A stretch of DNA of 63,986 nucleotides, counting the filler, from Lenisia limosa (taxonomy: Eukaryota; Protista; Breviatea), in the NCBI GenBank assembly GCA_001655205.1. It is 10 parts of 10 records of this genome, joined end to end, with 100 filler letters (N's around TTAATTAATTAA, not from the genome) between each part and the next. Parts side by side here need not be neighbours in the genome. Positions count along the whole stretch, not along the records: positions 61,715 to 63,986 come from LPNZ01001121.1; 9 more parts are not named here. One strand, 5' to 3'. The notes beneath the pieces were generated by a model. It saw only the letters and a list, made by a program, of their open reading frames with translations. It had not been told where the DNA came from and ran no database searches. Both the position numbers and the translations under genes were made by a program. This document shows positions 63,412 to 63,986 of this stretch, one piece after another (within the stretch, counting starts at the first letter, position 1; each line of letters opens with the position of its first letter).

Positions 63412-63986
63412 AGTATGATATTGAAAGATGAACGATAATAACACGAGGGTTCATCCTGAGTGTATGAGTATCATTGAGACCTATGTCAATAATCACATAA
63501 GTGGATATGAGGTATCAGCACTTCGTGGAAAAATAATCCACGTGATAATCCAAAAAGTGATATGAGGGGATCATCGTCTCCTCACTCTCATTCTTCTAGA
63601 GCAACGTCTAATTTCATGTTTTCTTTTGTATTTTTAGCTTCTTGTTTATTTCCTATGGTTCCAATGGATTGTGCTTTAGTATTTTATGGATTGTGCTAGT
63701 ATTTATAATTTTCAATTTAATGTCGCTTTCGAGAGAGTAAAGAACATCAAAAACCAGCACTGTCAGACATACCACCCGCAATACGTTCTTAACTACTTTG
63801 AAGACTTAAAAACCAACTAACCTCAAAAAAAAAAACCATGAGCTGCTTTTGTTCACAAACAACACCACTTATAATACATTGATTTTTGGAACAATGAAAC
63901 CAGAAACAATTAAATACTAAAACCATACCCACACTGTTAGTCTTCCTCATCACTTTCGCTATTTGAAGCTACCCCCTATAGATGAC

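Overview
Draft genomic DNA from an intron-rich unicellular eukaryote, probably a flagellated protist; the lineage cannot be fixed from this window. The standard genetic code fits all recognisable genes. The window is not contiguous: nine identical 100-bp spacers (44 N + TTAATTAATTAA + 44 N) join ten separate scaffolds, so neighbourhood across a spacer has no biological meaning. Genes reconstructed by hand from spliced exons: a long coiled-coil protein, a GLRX3/PICOT-type glutaredoxin, a tandem-domain adenylate kinase, a PH-domain protein, a multi-pass membrane histidine kinase, a putative GPI-anchored surface protein, calcineurin A, dihydropyrimidinase, TBP, a Pumilio/PUF protein, an Acinus-like RRM protein, CSN2, a CENP-K-like protein, an SNM1-type beta-CASP nuclease and several unassigned genes. 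Exon boundaries are manual and unverified by RNA data. Introns are either about 28-35 nt or are expanded by at least six families of short non-autonomous repeats, and no transposase is present. The most notable observations are: (i) a ~160-bp repeat found only in sense orientation in introns, whose tail runs into the 3' splice site; (ii) a 113-bp LSU rRNA fragment inserted inside another repeat; (iii) a ~100-bp hAT-type MITE with perfect 8-bp target-site duplications; (iv) introns with a G-run near the donor and a C-run near the acceptor; and (v) non-canonical key residues in TBP and GLRX3.
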